Below, piece after piece: positions 15,318 through 24,573 of a stretch of 25,709 bases of DNA; within the stretch, counting starts at the first letter, position 1; every line of letters starts with the position of its first letter. This stretch comes from Terriglobales bacterium (lineage in GTDB: Bacteria; Bacillota; Clostridia; Oscillospirales; Feifaniaceae). Location: assembly GCA_035561375.1 (NCBI GenBank), contig DATMXT010000237.1, positions 1 to 25,709 of the forward strand. The letters are read 5' to 3'. Below the pieces are notes generated by a model that was given only the letters and a program-made list of their open reading frames with translations, did no database searches and was not told the origin of the DNA. A program made the position numbers and the translations under genes.

Positions 15318-17120
15318 CTCTGTGCGAATGCTTCGCTTTTTGTTTGAAAGTCTGATATCGGGCGCCGGTATCTCTCTGAGCTTGGCCTCGATGCCCGCCG
15401 CCGCCAGTGCCGCCGCCAAGCGGTCAAGCCCACCCGGCGCAAAGCAGGAAATGATCAGCTCACCCGTGTTAACCGCCGCGTCGAAGTACAAAAGCGCCTC
15501 AATATCGCCGAGCGCTTCGTCAAGGGCGGCCATGCCGAGCGAATCCCCGCCGAGCCTGCCCTCGACCCTGCCAAGTCGCGGAAAGGAGCCGCCGCAGGCA
15601 CAGGGAGGGATAATGAGCCGGGCGATATCGCCGGTGCGGTAGCGGATGAGGGGCATGGCTCTGTCACGCAGCGAGGTCAGCACGACCTCGCCCGCCTCCC
15701 CGTCCGGTATGGGCAGCAGGGTTTTGGGCTCGATAATTTCAACGAAAAATTCGTCGTCCCGCAAGTGCATGCCGTCCCGGCAGCGGCAGTCGACGGCAAA
15801 ACCAAAGCCGGTCTCGGTCATGCCGTAGTGGGCGTAGACCGTGCACCCCCAGACCCGCTCGATGAGCCTGACAAAGCTCTTTGGGATATAGTCGGCGCTG
15901 AGCAGCACCGCCCGTGGAGAGAGCTCCGGGGCCGCAAGGCAGAGAGTGCGGGCAAAGCCCGGCTGGGCTATGATGCAGGCGGCCCCCCGCGCCGCCTCTA
16001 TTGCCTCGTTTATGTCGTCAAAGTCCCACAGCGACCGGCAGGATACGCCGAGCTTTTCAAGCCCCCGCCGCAGGAGGTCCGCGATTGAATCGGGGCCGTC
16101 CCGCATGAAGACGCAGACCGTCTCGCCCTCTGACACCAGCCCCGACATGCCGGCGGCGAAAAAGTCCACGGTCGCCTCGAGGTCGGCCTGCGACAGGAAG
16201 ACGCGTTTGCCGAGCCTCGTGCCCGAGGTTTGCAGCGTGACGACGCGGGGAATTTCGGCAGGGGAAACGGCAAGAAAGCCCTGCGGGTCGGCCGCAAGGT
16301 CTGCCGCAGTTGTAAAGGGAAGACGGCTCCACACGGCGGGAGTCGGCAAAATATCACGCCCGGCGAGGGATGTGCCGTAGTATTTGCCGCACTTTCGCGC
16401 ACGGAGGGCCGACTTCACTGCGAGAGCGAGCTGTGTCTCTCTGTTCGCTCCCAAATGGGTGGCCGCGGCGGTATAGACGGGTGAAATATCGGCCCTCTTT
16501 TTTGCAACAAGGAGGTAATAACCTGCAACAGCCCGTTTCATGAGGGCCATATCGGCCCCGTAAAAGGCGCACCCCCCGCCCGCATCTTCAAAAATGAGCC
16601 GGGCGTAGTATTCGCGAAGGGCCGGCGTGTGGTCCTCGAAGAGGACGATTTCAAGGCCGGCGGCCGCGATGCGGGTCTCAACCGTCTCCCGCTCCCGCAG
16701 GTGCAGCCCGCCCGTTTCAAGCCCCTCTTTTTTGGCGTAGAGGTCGGTGAGCACGAGGCTGCCGCCCCGCCGCAGCAGCCGCGCCGCCTCCATGACGGCC
16801 TTCCCGGCGTCCGGCAGGAGGGAGAGTACGCACTCGGCCAAAATCCCGTCGGCGTACTCGTCCCCGAAGGGCAGGGCGCAGGCGTCCCCTATGACAAAGC
16901 GGGCAGTCGGGTGGGCTGCCGTCGCGGCCGACACCGCATCTGCGTCCACATCAACCCCGACGGCGTCGTATCCGAGCTCCGACAAGAGCCCGGCCGTGGC
17001 GCCGGCTCCGCAGCCGACGTCGACAATGCGGCCTCCGGGGCGGATATCGGCCGCCGCAAGCCCCCTTTGGGTGAGCGTCAGTCCGCCCGGGCGGCGGATG
17101 CAGGGCGTGCGGTCAGCCAT
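15315..17120 (-). CDS. Fusion of class I SAM methyltransferase (DVU_1556-like) and PaaK-like AMP-dependent CoA ligase (DVU_1553-like)
   Basis: N-half: RPGGLTLT, VDVGCGAG, AECVLS, GYYLLVAKK. C-half: LPFT, TSGT, LLSAD, HYGMTE, YRTGD, GR. One uninterrupted frame. Start is ATG 17120 or 17129. Confidence 0.8.
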   Translation of the reverse strand: MADRTPCIRRPGGLTLTQRGLAAADIRPGGRIVDVGCGAGATAGLLSELGYDAVGVDVDADAVSAATAAHPTARFVIGDACALPFGDEYADGILAECVLSLLPDAGKAVMEAARLLRRGGSLVLTDLYAKKEGLETGGLHLRERETVETRIAAAGLEIVLFEDHTPALREYYARLIFEDAGGGCAFYGADMALMKRAVAGYYLLVAKKRADISPVYTAAATHLGANRETQLALAVKSALRARKCGKYYGTSLAGRDILPTPAVWSRLPFTTAADLAADPQGFLAVSPAEIPRVVTLQTSGTRLGKRVFLSQADLEATVDFFAAGMSGLVSEGETVCVFMRDGPDSIADLLRRGLEKLGVSCRSLWDFDDINEAIEAARGAACIIAQPGFARTLCLAAPELSPRAVLLSADYIPKSFVRLIERVWGCTVYAHYGMTETGFGFAVDCRCRDGMHLRDDEFFVEIIEPKTLLPIPDGEAGEVVLTSLRDRAMPLIRYRTGDIARLIIPPCACGGSFPRLGRVEGRLGGDSLGMAALDEALGDIEALLYFDAAVNTGELIISCFAPGGLDRLAAALAAAGIEAKLREIPAPDIRLSNKKRSIRTE

Positions 17121-18471
17121 TGCCGCCACCGATGTAGTAGGCGCAAAACGGCACCAGCCGCTCCCCGTCGCAGACGTGCAGGCTGCACCGGCGAAGCCGC
17201 TCGAGGTCGAGGTTCCACCGGTCCTGAAAGGCCATGGCCGTCACTGTAAAGCCGTGGGACTTGATACGGTCGGCAAACTCGTCGAGGCCCATGGACCCCT
17301 CTGTTTCCCCTGTTTCACCGCATGTACAGGGTTCCCCGCCGCCGGAGCGGGGCTGCAGCGCCTCGTCGCGCCGAAGCCACCGGCGGGCGACAAACTCGCG
17401 GTTTTGCTCGGCCGTCGCCACCCCGCAGCAGCAGTCCGCCTGCCCCCGGTGGAGCGGGTAGAGCGTGCCATCCTCCCGCACGATGTAGTCGCCGTGAAAG
17501 CCGCAGAGCGGATGGTCGCACCGCGAGGGCAGCAGCGTGTCTCGGGGCACCAGCCCATAGCTCTGCTCATAGACCGCGTCGATGAGCGCATCAAGCGTGA
17601 AGCGGTCGGCGTCGTCTGGAACTTTGGGCGCGCGGCCGAAGTAGCTGACCGGCTGGAAGTGCACGCCGCGCACCGCGGGCGAGCGGTTTGCGGCGAACCG
17701 CAGGATGTCGCCGATGTTATCGGTGTTGACGCCGGGTACGAGCATGGGCACCAGCGTCACTCCGATATGATATTTGTCGCAGAGCTCAATGGCACGTTTT
17801 TTGATGTCAAAGAGCGGGCGGCCGCGCAGCGCCTCAAAAATTTTGTCTTTGGTGCCGTCAAACTGCATGAAGACAAAGGAAAGCCCGGCGGCGGCGAGGG
17901 CCTCCACATAGGCCTCGTCCTGCGCAAGCCTTATGCCGTTTGTGTTGAGCTGCACATAGCGGATGCCGGCCGCATGGGCCGCCGCCACAATTTCCGGCAG
18001 GTCGTCCCGCAGCGTCGGCTCTCCGCCCGAGAGCTGCACAAGTCCGCCGCCCTTTGACACGATGAAGGCGAGGTCTTTTTTGACGTCTTCAATGTCCCGG
18101 TCGGCGCCCTCCGCTTCCCCTTGCGCAAAGCAGAAGGGACAGCCGAGGTCGCACCGCCTGGTCACCTCGAGCAGCACACAGCAGGTGCCCTGCCGGTGCT
18201 CGGGGCAGATGCCGCAGGCGGAGGGGCAGTTCTCGTTTTCGCCCGGCTTTATTTCGGGTTCCCCGCCTCGCCACTTGACGATGTCGACTTTGCCGCTCCA
18301 AATCAGGGTGGAAAAGCCGCCGCACTCGGGGCAGGTCTTCTCTAAATAAATTTTGTCGCCCCGGCGCACATGCCGGGCCCCGATGCGCCGCATACAGGTT
18401 GGACAGATGCTGTAGGTGCGGCGCACGACTTCGGTTTTCGGGCGGGCTAAAACCCTCTTTGTCCGCTTCAC
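17113..18471 (-). CDS. trsS: Radical SAM protein, TrsS-like (Cys form)
   Basis: CxxxCxxC (CDLGCPFC), SGGEPT, NTNG. N-terminal SICPTC...CPECG, C-terminal DLERLRRC..VPFCAYY. GTG 18471 overlaps the upstream TGA. Confidence 0.8.
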   Translation of the reverse strand: MKRTKRVLARPKTEVVRRTYSICPTCMRRIGARHVRRGDKIYLEKTCPECGGFSTLIWSGKVDIVKWRGGEPEIKPGENENCPSACGICPEHRQGTCCVLLEVTRRCDLGCPFCFAQGEAEGADRDIEDVKKDLAFIVSKGGGLVQLSGGEPTLRDDLPEIVAAAHAAGIRYVQLNTNGIRLAQDEAYVEALAAAGLSFVFMQFDGTKDKIFEALRGRPLFDIKKRAIELCDKYHIGVTLVPMLVPGVNTDNIGDILRFAANRSPAVRGVHFQPVSYFGRAPKVPDDADRFTLDALIDAVYEQSYGLVPRDTLLPSRCDHPLCGFHGDYIVREDGTLYPLHRGQADCCCGVATAEQNREFVARRWLRRDEALQPRSGGGEPCTCGETGETEGSMGLDEFADRIKSHGFTVTAMAFQDRWNLDLERLRRCSLHVCDGERLVPFCAYYIGGGNG

Positions 18472-18656
18472 TTGTCCTCCAGCTCCTGTTCCACCTCGGC
18501 CATGCGCCCTCTGGCGACGTCCTCCGGGATCAGCACCTGCCCGCACTTCGGGCAGCACAAAAACGTGTGGTGGAAGACCGTCCCCATGTAGGAGAACTCC
18601 ACCTGCTTCGGAATAAGTTTCAGGTTACACAGGCCGCAGTACAGGTCACTCTCCAT
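18468..18656 (-). CDS. Small CxxC..CxxC redox/Zn-ribbon protein (DVU_1557-like)
   Basis: CGLC and CPKC pairs, C-terminal EQELEDK. Translationally coupled on both sides. Confidence 0.8.
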   Translation of the reverse strand: MESDLYCGLCNLKLIPKQVEFSYMGTVFHHTFLCCPKCGQVLIPEDVARGRMAEVEQELEDK

Positions 18657-20865
18657 GCGCTTCATCCCCCTTGATGTTCATGCGGTGGCTGTAAGCCGTG
18701 AGCACCCGGTAGCCGTCCCCCTCCGGCCGGTATTTGACCCAGTGGGTGCGGTAGCCGATGCGCAGATGCCCGGAAAAAGTCCCGTCGGCCCGGTTTTCGA
18801 TTTTTTGGCCGGTCGCCTCGCAGTGGGCGACGACTGCCGCGATATCGCTCTCCAGCATGTAGTCGGCGTCTATGGCCTTCTTGATTTCGTCCGGGATGAT
18901 GAGCTTAACAGACGGTATTTCGGGCGGCGTCTTCTCTGCGCCAAAGCGTTTTTCCATCGTGCGTCTCAGCTCCTCTCTGTTTTGCCGCCGCACCGTCCAG
19001 GTGGGCGGGGTGCGGTCCGTGGGGTTTAAGCCAAAGAGCAGGTCGAGAATGTGGACGGCCGGCTTTCCGCCTTTCGCAAAAATGTCGCGACAGTTGGTGC
19101 AGTAAGTGATGTAGGGCAGGGGCGACAGGCCGGTGCGCTCACTGACGACCGCCTTTGTCATGGCGGGGTTTGCGGTTGTCGTCTGACCGCCGTAGCTGCA
19201 GCAGGCGGCCTCACCTCCCGCCGTCTTTAGCTCCTCAAAGGGGACGCCGGATTCTTTTAACAGCGTGCGCACACGCGCCTGAAGGGCAGGCTCTCCCCGC
19301 GAGGCGCAGGGGTCAAAGAGGGCAAAGGGGCTGTCCCCAGCGGCCTTCGGCTCGAGATAGTCGTATACAAACTCCGTCTTGACCTCCGGCAGGTGCTCCG
19401 AAAAGGTCTTTTTACAGGTAGGGCAGGCCAGAATGACGGCAGGCCCCCCGAGGGCTTCCAAAGCCGCTTTCAGCGCGGCCATTTTTTTGTCCTGCAGCGC
19501 CTTGTCTCCAGACCAGACGGCCGGCACCCCGCAGCAGCCGAGCAGGATGCCGGCGTGGGGCAGTTTTTTCATGAGGGCTTCATAGGTCTTTGTGACATAC
19601 CGGGGGTCGGAGGCCCCGAGCTGGCAGCCGGGGAAAAAGAGATGGGTGCAGGCGGCGCCCTCCGGAATGCCCGCAAAGGCGGCAGGTCCCTCCGCATGGG
19701 CCATGTCCTCAAGCCAGAAGGCCGAAAACACATGCGGCATGTCCCCTTTTTGTACCATTTCGCGCCTGCTCTCGAGCAAAAAGCGCTGCATGTCGACCCC
19801 CATGGGGCAGGCCGCGGCGCACATGCCGCACTGCTCGCAGCTCGCGATGAGCCTTGTCGCAATGCGGTTTGAGAAAATGGCGCCGGGGTTTACGGTGCCG
19901 TCGACCTCGTCGACAATGCGGCGGGGGGGCTTTTTGTAGAAGGTCATGAGGTCGCACCGGCGTATGCAGGCGTCGCAGTCGCACCTCAGACACCGGGCGG
20001 CCTCAGCCGCAAGCTCCTCCCCGGTGTAAAGCTCGCCCGCAGGGACGATGGGCGGCGCGGGTTCAAGCCCTGTCGTGTCGACATAGAGCCTTGTCGGGGC
20101 GCGGGGCCGGGTGGGCTCGAATTTTCCGGTGCGCATCAGGCTGTCAATGGCGGCGGCGGCCTTGACCCCGTGGACAATGGCTTCGGTCACGCCCTGCCCC
20201 AAAAGGCCGCCGCCCAGGACCGCCCCGCGGGCCTCATCCGTGAGAATGAGTTCGCTCTCAGTTGCCCCAAGCCCGAAGTCGGGGCCGCTCGGGCCTGTCG
20301 CAATATACCAGGCGTCGGCCGGAATCTCGGCGAGGCTTTTGATTTCGCGCATGAATTCAAACGCGCAGTCCTCGCTTTGAAACTGAAGGTCGAGCTCGGC
20401 TTGAACCAGCTCCGGCGGTAGCAGGTCAAGGGCCCTGCCGCCTAAGGCGGGCCCTTTTTCATAGACCGTGACCGCGTACTTTTTCTGGCACAGCCGCAGG
20501 GCACAGGCAAGGCCCGAAAGGCCGCCGCCCACGACGGCCACCCGCTCGGACTTGCCCGACATGTTGTAGCCGCTCGGCTTTTTGGCCTTGGCCGCGGCCG
20601 TCATCGACCGCTCGATGAGGTCCATTTGCAGGGCCTGGCCGAAATTTTCCCGCGCGCACACCCTCCTGCAGGGGGCGGGGCAGAGGGCCGCCACGATGCC
20701 GGGAAAGACGACGGCGTCGCGGTAGATGCGGTAGGCGGCGTCAACCCGGCCCCGCGAAAGCCTCGCCATGAAGTCCCGCATGTCGAGCGCAAAGGGGCAG
20801 GCGGAGGTGCAAAACGGCTCCTCCCCCTGTACGCAGCCCAAAATCTCTTTTTTCATCCGTTCCAT
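18646..20865 (-). CDS. FAD / Fe-S dicluster / CCG-domain oxidoreductase
   Basis: N-terminal GltD-like CTSACP/CPAPC..C. VAVVGGGLSG. CLRCDCDAC..RC and CEQCGMC...CP. CCG motifs FPGC, CCG, CPTC, DPC, CCSYGG, CTNC. Confidence 0.85.
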   Translation of the reverse strand: MERMKKEILGCVQGEEPFCTSACPFALDMRDFMARLSRGRVDAAYRIYRDAVVFPGIVAALCPAPCRRVCARENFGQALQMDLIERSMTAAAKAKKPSGYNMSGKSERVAVVGGGLSGLACALRLCQKKYAVTVYEKGPALGGRALDLLPPELVQAELDLQFQSEDCAFEFMREIKSLAEIPADAWYIATGPSGPDFGLGATESELILTDEARGAVLGGGLLGQGVTEAIVHGVKAAAAIDSLMRTGKFEPTRPRAPTRLYVDTTGLEPAPPIVPAGELYTGEELAAEAARCLRCDCDACIRRCDLMTFYKKPPRRIVDEVDGTVNPGAIFSNRIATRLIASCEQCGMCAAACPMGVDMQRFLLESRREMVQKGDMPHVFSAFWLEDMAHAEGPAAFAGIPEGAACTHLFFPGCQLGASDPRYVTKTYEALMKKLPHAGILLGCCGVPAVWSGDKALQDKKMAALKAALEALGGPAVILACPTCKKTFSEHLPEVKTEFVYDYLEPKAAGDSPFALFDPCASRGEPALQARVRTLLKESGVPFEELKTAGGEAACCSYGGQTTTANPAMTKAVVSERTGLSPLPYITYCTNCRDIFAKGGKPAVHILDLLFGLNPTDRTPPTWTVRRQNREELRRTMEKRFGAEKTPPEIPSVKLIIPDEIKKAIDADYMLESDIAAVVAHCEATGQKIENRADGTFSGHLRIGYRTHWVKYRPEGDGYRVLTAYSHRMNIKGDEAHGE

Positions 20866-20871
20866 TTTTCC

Positions 20872-21597
20872 TTAAACGTACGCTTTCAAATATTCGGCCA
20901 CCGACCGGCTCATCTCCTTGGAGAAGTCCGAGTTGTACTTTCTCTCGCAAAAGGCGCGGCACCAGTCCTCAAAGGGCGTCCCCTCGGTCTCGTGGGCCAG
21001 CATCCCCCGCAGCTCGGGGCCCTCCATGCGGCGGTAGGCGTTTTCGTGGACGATGTGGGACAGCTCGCAGCGCTGGGGCTTTTTGCGGCCGAGCTGCTGC
21101 GCCGTCGGGTAGCCTAAAATCAGCATGGCGGCCGGAAACACGTATTCCGGCAGCTTTAAAAGTTCCCGATGTGTTTCGCAGTGCTCCATGATATCCCCGA
21201 TATAGCAGGAGCCGACGCCAAGGCTCCACGCCGCTGTCACGGCGTTTTGCGCCGCGATGCAGGCGTCACAGACCGCGAGCACAAAATCGCCCGGGCCCGG
21301 CTTTCTGGGGGCGCAGCCACCCTCGCGGTAGACGTCGTACCACTTCCCAGCGTCGGCGCAGAAGATGAGCACCAGAGGGGCCTTCGCGATAAAGGGCTGG
21401 TTGTCGCAGGTGACGGCAAGGCGGTCTTCCAGTCGCTGGTCCGTAATGTCGAGAATGGTGTAAAGCTGCTGATTGCCCGCCGTCGGCGCCTGCGCCGCGG
21501 CGAGGAGAATTTCGCGCTTTACGTCCCGCGGGATTTCCCTGTCCTCAAATATGCGCACGGATTTTCGCGTATGAAGATTTTGTATGACCTCGTTCAT
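20872..21597 (-). CDS. Nitroreductase-family FMN oxidoreductase (NfrA/NfsA-like)
   Basis: RKSVR, APTAGNQQ, QPFI..APLVLIFCAD, AAQN, LGVGSCYIG, LGYP. ATG 21597 with AAGGAG RBS. Confidence 0.9.
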   Translation of the reverse strand: MNEVIQNLHTRKSVRIFEDREIPRDVKREILLAAAQAPTAGNQQLYTILDITDQRLEDRLAVTCDNQPFIAKAPLVLIFCADAGKWYDVYREGGCAPRKPGPGDFVLAVCDACIAAQNAVTAAWSLGVGSCYIGDIMEHCETHRELLKLPEYVFPAAMLILGYPTAQQLGRKKPQRCELSHIVHENAYRRMEGPELRGMLAHETEGTPFEDWCRAFCERKYNSDFSKEMSRSVAEYLKAYV

Positions 21598-21620
21598 TAG
21601 CTCTCCTTGTTTGTTTTTGC

Positions 21621-21645
21621 AAAGGCCGGGCCCTTCGGCCCGGCC
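21621..21645 (-). terminator. GC-rich hairpin after mop (weak terminator or mRNA stabiliser)
   Basis: Minus strand ggccgggcc-gaag-ggcccggcc followed by only TTT. Confidence 0.5.
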
Positions 21646-21658
21646 CTGTTCGTATCGG

Positions 21659-24532
21659 TTATTCGGCTTGCAGCGGGCCGCCGGCGGCGCCGACCGGATT
21701 TGCCACGATGTTGTCGATCTCGTCGTAGAAGTCGGTGCCAAAGAAGTAGGGCGCGGGGGTCAGCTCCTCGCCGCGGGCGAGGGCGTCAAGCCCGGCTTTG
21801 AGCTTGGCGGGCAGCGCCGGAATTTCGAAAATGCGCACGCCGCAGGCGTTTTTGATGGCGTTTAAGACCGCGACATGTCCGCTCGACTGGAAGAGCTCGG
21901 AGCACCCTGACGAGCCGTAGGGGGCCCTTGAGCGCGGATTCTCGAGGTAAATTAAATTAAAGTCGTCCGGGATGTCCTGAATTTGCGGGACGCCGGCGCC
22001 CGCCATGTTGGCGTGCTTTTTGACGTCGTGATAGTCCTCCGACAGGGCGTAGCCGATGGAGTGGGAGAGGCCGCCGTAGGCCTGCCCGTCGACTGAGGCC
22101 TTATTGCCGATGACGCCGACGTCGGCCACCGAGGTGTAGGCCACGACCGTCGCCTTGCCGGTGGCGACGTCGACCTCGACCTCGCTGAGGAACATGGCGT
22201 ACATATAGGTCGGAATGGGGTCGCCGACGCCGGTGTCGGGGCTGTATTCAACGAGCTCGGGGAAGTTCTGGGTGTTGGAGTACCGGCCCTCAAAGGTGGT
22301 GGGAAGTCCCTCCTTCACCATCTCGCCGTAGGTGCGGTAGCTGCCGTCCTCTTTGCGCATGGCGGCGAGCATCTCGGCCGCCACCTGCAAAATGGCGTAG
22401 CCGTTCATCATGTGGGAGCGGCTGCCGCCCGCGATGCCGCTGTCGGGCGAGAGCTTGGAGTCGTTGATGGGCTTGACGTTGATTTTTTCGGGGGTCAGCC
22501 CGAGCGGCTTTAAGGCCTCGAGCGTGAACATGACGGTGCCGACGTCGCCCCCCTGCCCGATGTCCTCCCAGGTGTTGTAGACCGTGACCGTGCCGTCCGG
22601 GTTGAGGTCGATCTTGGAGCCGGCGCTGTCGTGCTTGCCGCCGGTGCAGTTGTAGGAGCCAAACGCGACGCCGACGCCGTGCGGCTTTTCAGGGGTGCTG
22701 CGCTGCGAGGCCCGCTTTTTCATGGCCTCGTAGTAAGGCCGGGCCGTGTCCATGATCTCCTCCATCGGATACTCCCGGTAGGGATAGCTGTTGGGGGTCG
22801 TGTCGCCCGGCCGGGCGATGTTGAGGTAGCGGAACTCGAACGGGTCGATGCCGGCCTTCTCGGCCAGCATGTCCATGATGGCCTCGGAGGCCGTTGTGAT
22901 CTGCGGCGCGCCAAAACCCCGGTAGGCGACGCCGAAGTTGTGGTTGGTACTCGCCATGCGGGCCAGCCCCATGATGTTCGGGATGTTGTAGGGCCAGCCC
23001 ATGTAGCGGATGAAGCGGGTGATGAGCCCCTCGCCGCCGTCGGAATAGGCACCGTGGTCGACGGCCGTGTCGTATTCAAGCGCCGTGAGCTTGCCCTTTT
23101 CGTCGCAGGAGAGCCGGGCGTTTGTATAGCAGGCACAGCGCTTGCCGCTGAAGTGCTGGAACTCCTCCCACGACATGGAGAGCGAGACCGGTTTGCCCGT
23201 GACCTGGGCCGCGACGGCCGTCGCCGCGAATGACGGGGCCGCCGTCGACCAGCCGAAGCTGCCGCCCGTCGTATTCATGATGATGCGCACATTTTCCTTG
23301 GGCAGCCCCGCGACCTGCGCGACGGCGCCCCTGGCCGAGTAGACGGCCTGCGCCTTGCACTGGACGGTCAGCATGCCGTCGTCGTCAAAATAGGCCTGAC
23401 AGATGTCGCCCTCGAGCGAGAGGTGGGGCTCGCGGGAGGCGTAGAAGCTGCCCTGCGCCGAGTAGGCCGAGCGCTCGATGAGCTGGGGCACATCCTCGAA
23501 ATCGCCCTTGAGCACCGGCTGGCGGATGAAGACGTTGGGGGTGTCCTCGTGCACCCGCATGGCGTCCGGCATGCTGGCCTCAAGGAAGGTCAGATACTCG
23601 GGCAGCTGCTCGAGTTCAACCTCGACCGCGGCGGCGGCAGCCCTCGCGTGGGCCTTGGTGTCGGCCGCGACGAGGCCGACAATGTCGCCGTAGCGGAAAA
23701 TTTTCTCGTCGCAGAAAATCGGGTGGCTAGGGTCGACGACGGTGCTGCGCTTGTGGTTGTTGAAGGCGGGCAGCCGGTTGACCCCCTTGACGTCCTTTGC
23801 CGTGATGACCGCGACGACCCCCTCCATTTTCTCGGCCTTGGCGGTGTCGATGCCGAGAATCCGGGCGTGGTGGGCTTTCCTCGGCTGAATGATGGCGAGG
23901 TGCAGCGTGCCCTCCGGCATTTTCTGCGCGACGTCGTCGCCGTACTCGGCAAGGCCGCAGACCTTGGCGACGGCGGTGGGACGCGGCACCGGCGAGCCGT
24001 AGTAGGCGCCGTTTTCGGGGTTTTTATAGGTGATGTCGGCCATCGCGGCCTCGCCGCGGACGACTTTGGCCGCGTCCATGACGGCGTCGACCAGGGGCTT
24101 GTACCCGGTGCAGCGGCAGATGTTGCGGTGCTTTTGGAACCACTCGCGCACCTGCCTCCTTGTCGGGTTGTTATTTTGCTGCAGCAGCGCGTAGGCCGAC
24201 ACGATAAAGCCCGGCGAGCAAAAGCCGCACTGGGCCGAGCCGTGGGTGATCCAGGCCTGCTGGAGCGGGTGGAGGCAGGAGGGCGTGCCGACGCCCTCAA
24301 TCGTGACGACCTTGCTGTAGTCCTCAACCGTCTTGATGCGGCGGGTGCAGGAGCGGATGACCTCGCCGTTTAAGATGACCGAGCAGGCGCCGCAGACGCC
24401 GGTCCCGCAGCCGACCTTGACGCCGGTGAGCCCCTCGCGGCGCAGGACGTCGGCAAGCGAGTCCTTTTCGGGGTCGCAGGTGAGCATCCGGTCGGCGCCG
24501 TTGATGTTGAGCCAAAGTTTACACAGTTTCAT
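21659..24532 (-). CDS. mop: Molybdopterin-dependent aldehyde oxidoreductase (Mop-type, xanthine oxidase family, 2x[2Fe-2S], no FAD domain)
   Basis: GCGTGVCGAC..C, QCGFC..G, CRCTGY, GGSFG, YRGFGAPQ, DQAY-like DGQAYGG, catalytic Glu region GCSEL. AGGAGG RBS. Confidence 0.92.
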   Translation of the reverse strand: MKLCKLWLNINGADRMLTCDPEKDSLADVLRREGLTGVKVGCGTGVCGACSVILNGEVIRSCTRRIKTVEDYSKVVTIEGVGTPSCLHPLQQAWITHGSAQCGFCSPGFIVSAYALLQQNNNPTRRQVREWFQKHRNICRCTGYKPLVDAVMDAAKVVRGEAAMADITYKNPENGAYYGSPVPRPTAVAKVCGLAEYGDDVAQKMPEGTLHLAIIQPRKAHHARILGIDTAKAEKMEGVVAVITAKDVKGVNRLPAFNNHKRSTVVDPSHPIFCDEKIFRYGDIVGLVAADTKAHARAAAAAVEVELEQLPEYLTFLEASMPDAMRVHEDTPNVFIRQPVLKGDFEDVPQLIERSAYSAQGSFYASREPHLSLEGDICQAYFDDDGMLTVQCKAQAVYSARGAVAQVAGLPKENVRIIMNTTGGSFGWSTAAPSFAATAVAAQVTGKPVSLSMSWEEFQHFSGKRCACYTNARLSCDEKGKLTALEYDTAVDHGAYSDGGEGLITRFIRYMGWPYNIPNIMGLARMASTNHNFGVAYRGFGAPQITTASEAIMDMLAEKAGIDPFEFRYLNIARPGDTTPNSYPYREYPMEEIMDTARPYYEAMKKRASQRSTPEKPHGVGVAFGSYNCTGGKHDSAGSKIDLNPDGTVTVYNTWEDIGQGGDVGTVMFTLEALKPLGLTPEKINVKPINDSKLSPDSGIAGGSRSHMMNGYAILQVAAEMLAAMRKEDGSYRTYGEMVKEGLPTTFEGRYSNTQNFPELVEYSPDTGVGDPIPTYMYAMFLSEVEVDVATGKATVVAYTSVADVGVIGNKASVDGQAYGGLSHSIGYALSEDYHDVKKHANMAGAGVPQIQDIPDDFNLIYLENPRSRAPYGSSGCSELFQSSGHVAVLNAIKNACGVRIFEIPALPAKLKAGLDALARGEELTPAPYFFGTDFYDEIDNIVANPVGAAGGPLQAE

Positions 24533-24573
24533 TTGCTGCCTCCTGTTTGATATGCTGCCACATATTTTGTCCG

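Noticed and set aside
13343-15442. 699-aa antisense ORF opposite the reductase
   Set aside because: Mirror-frame artefact of high GC codon bias, with low-complexity composition and no recognisable domain.
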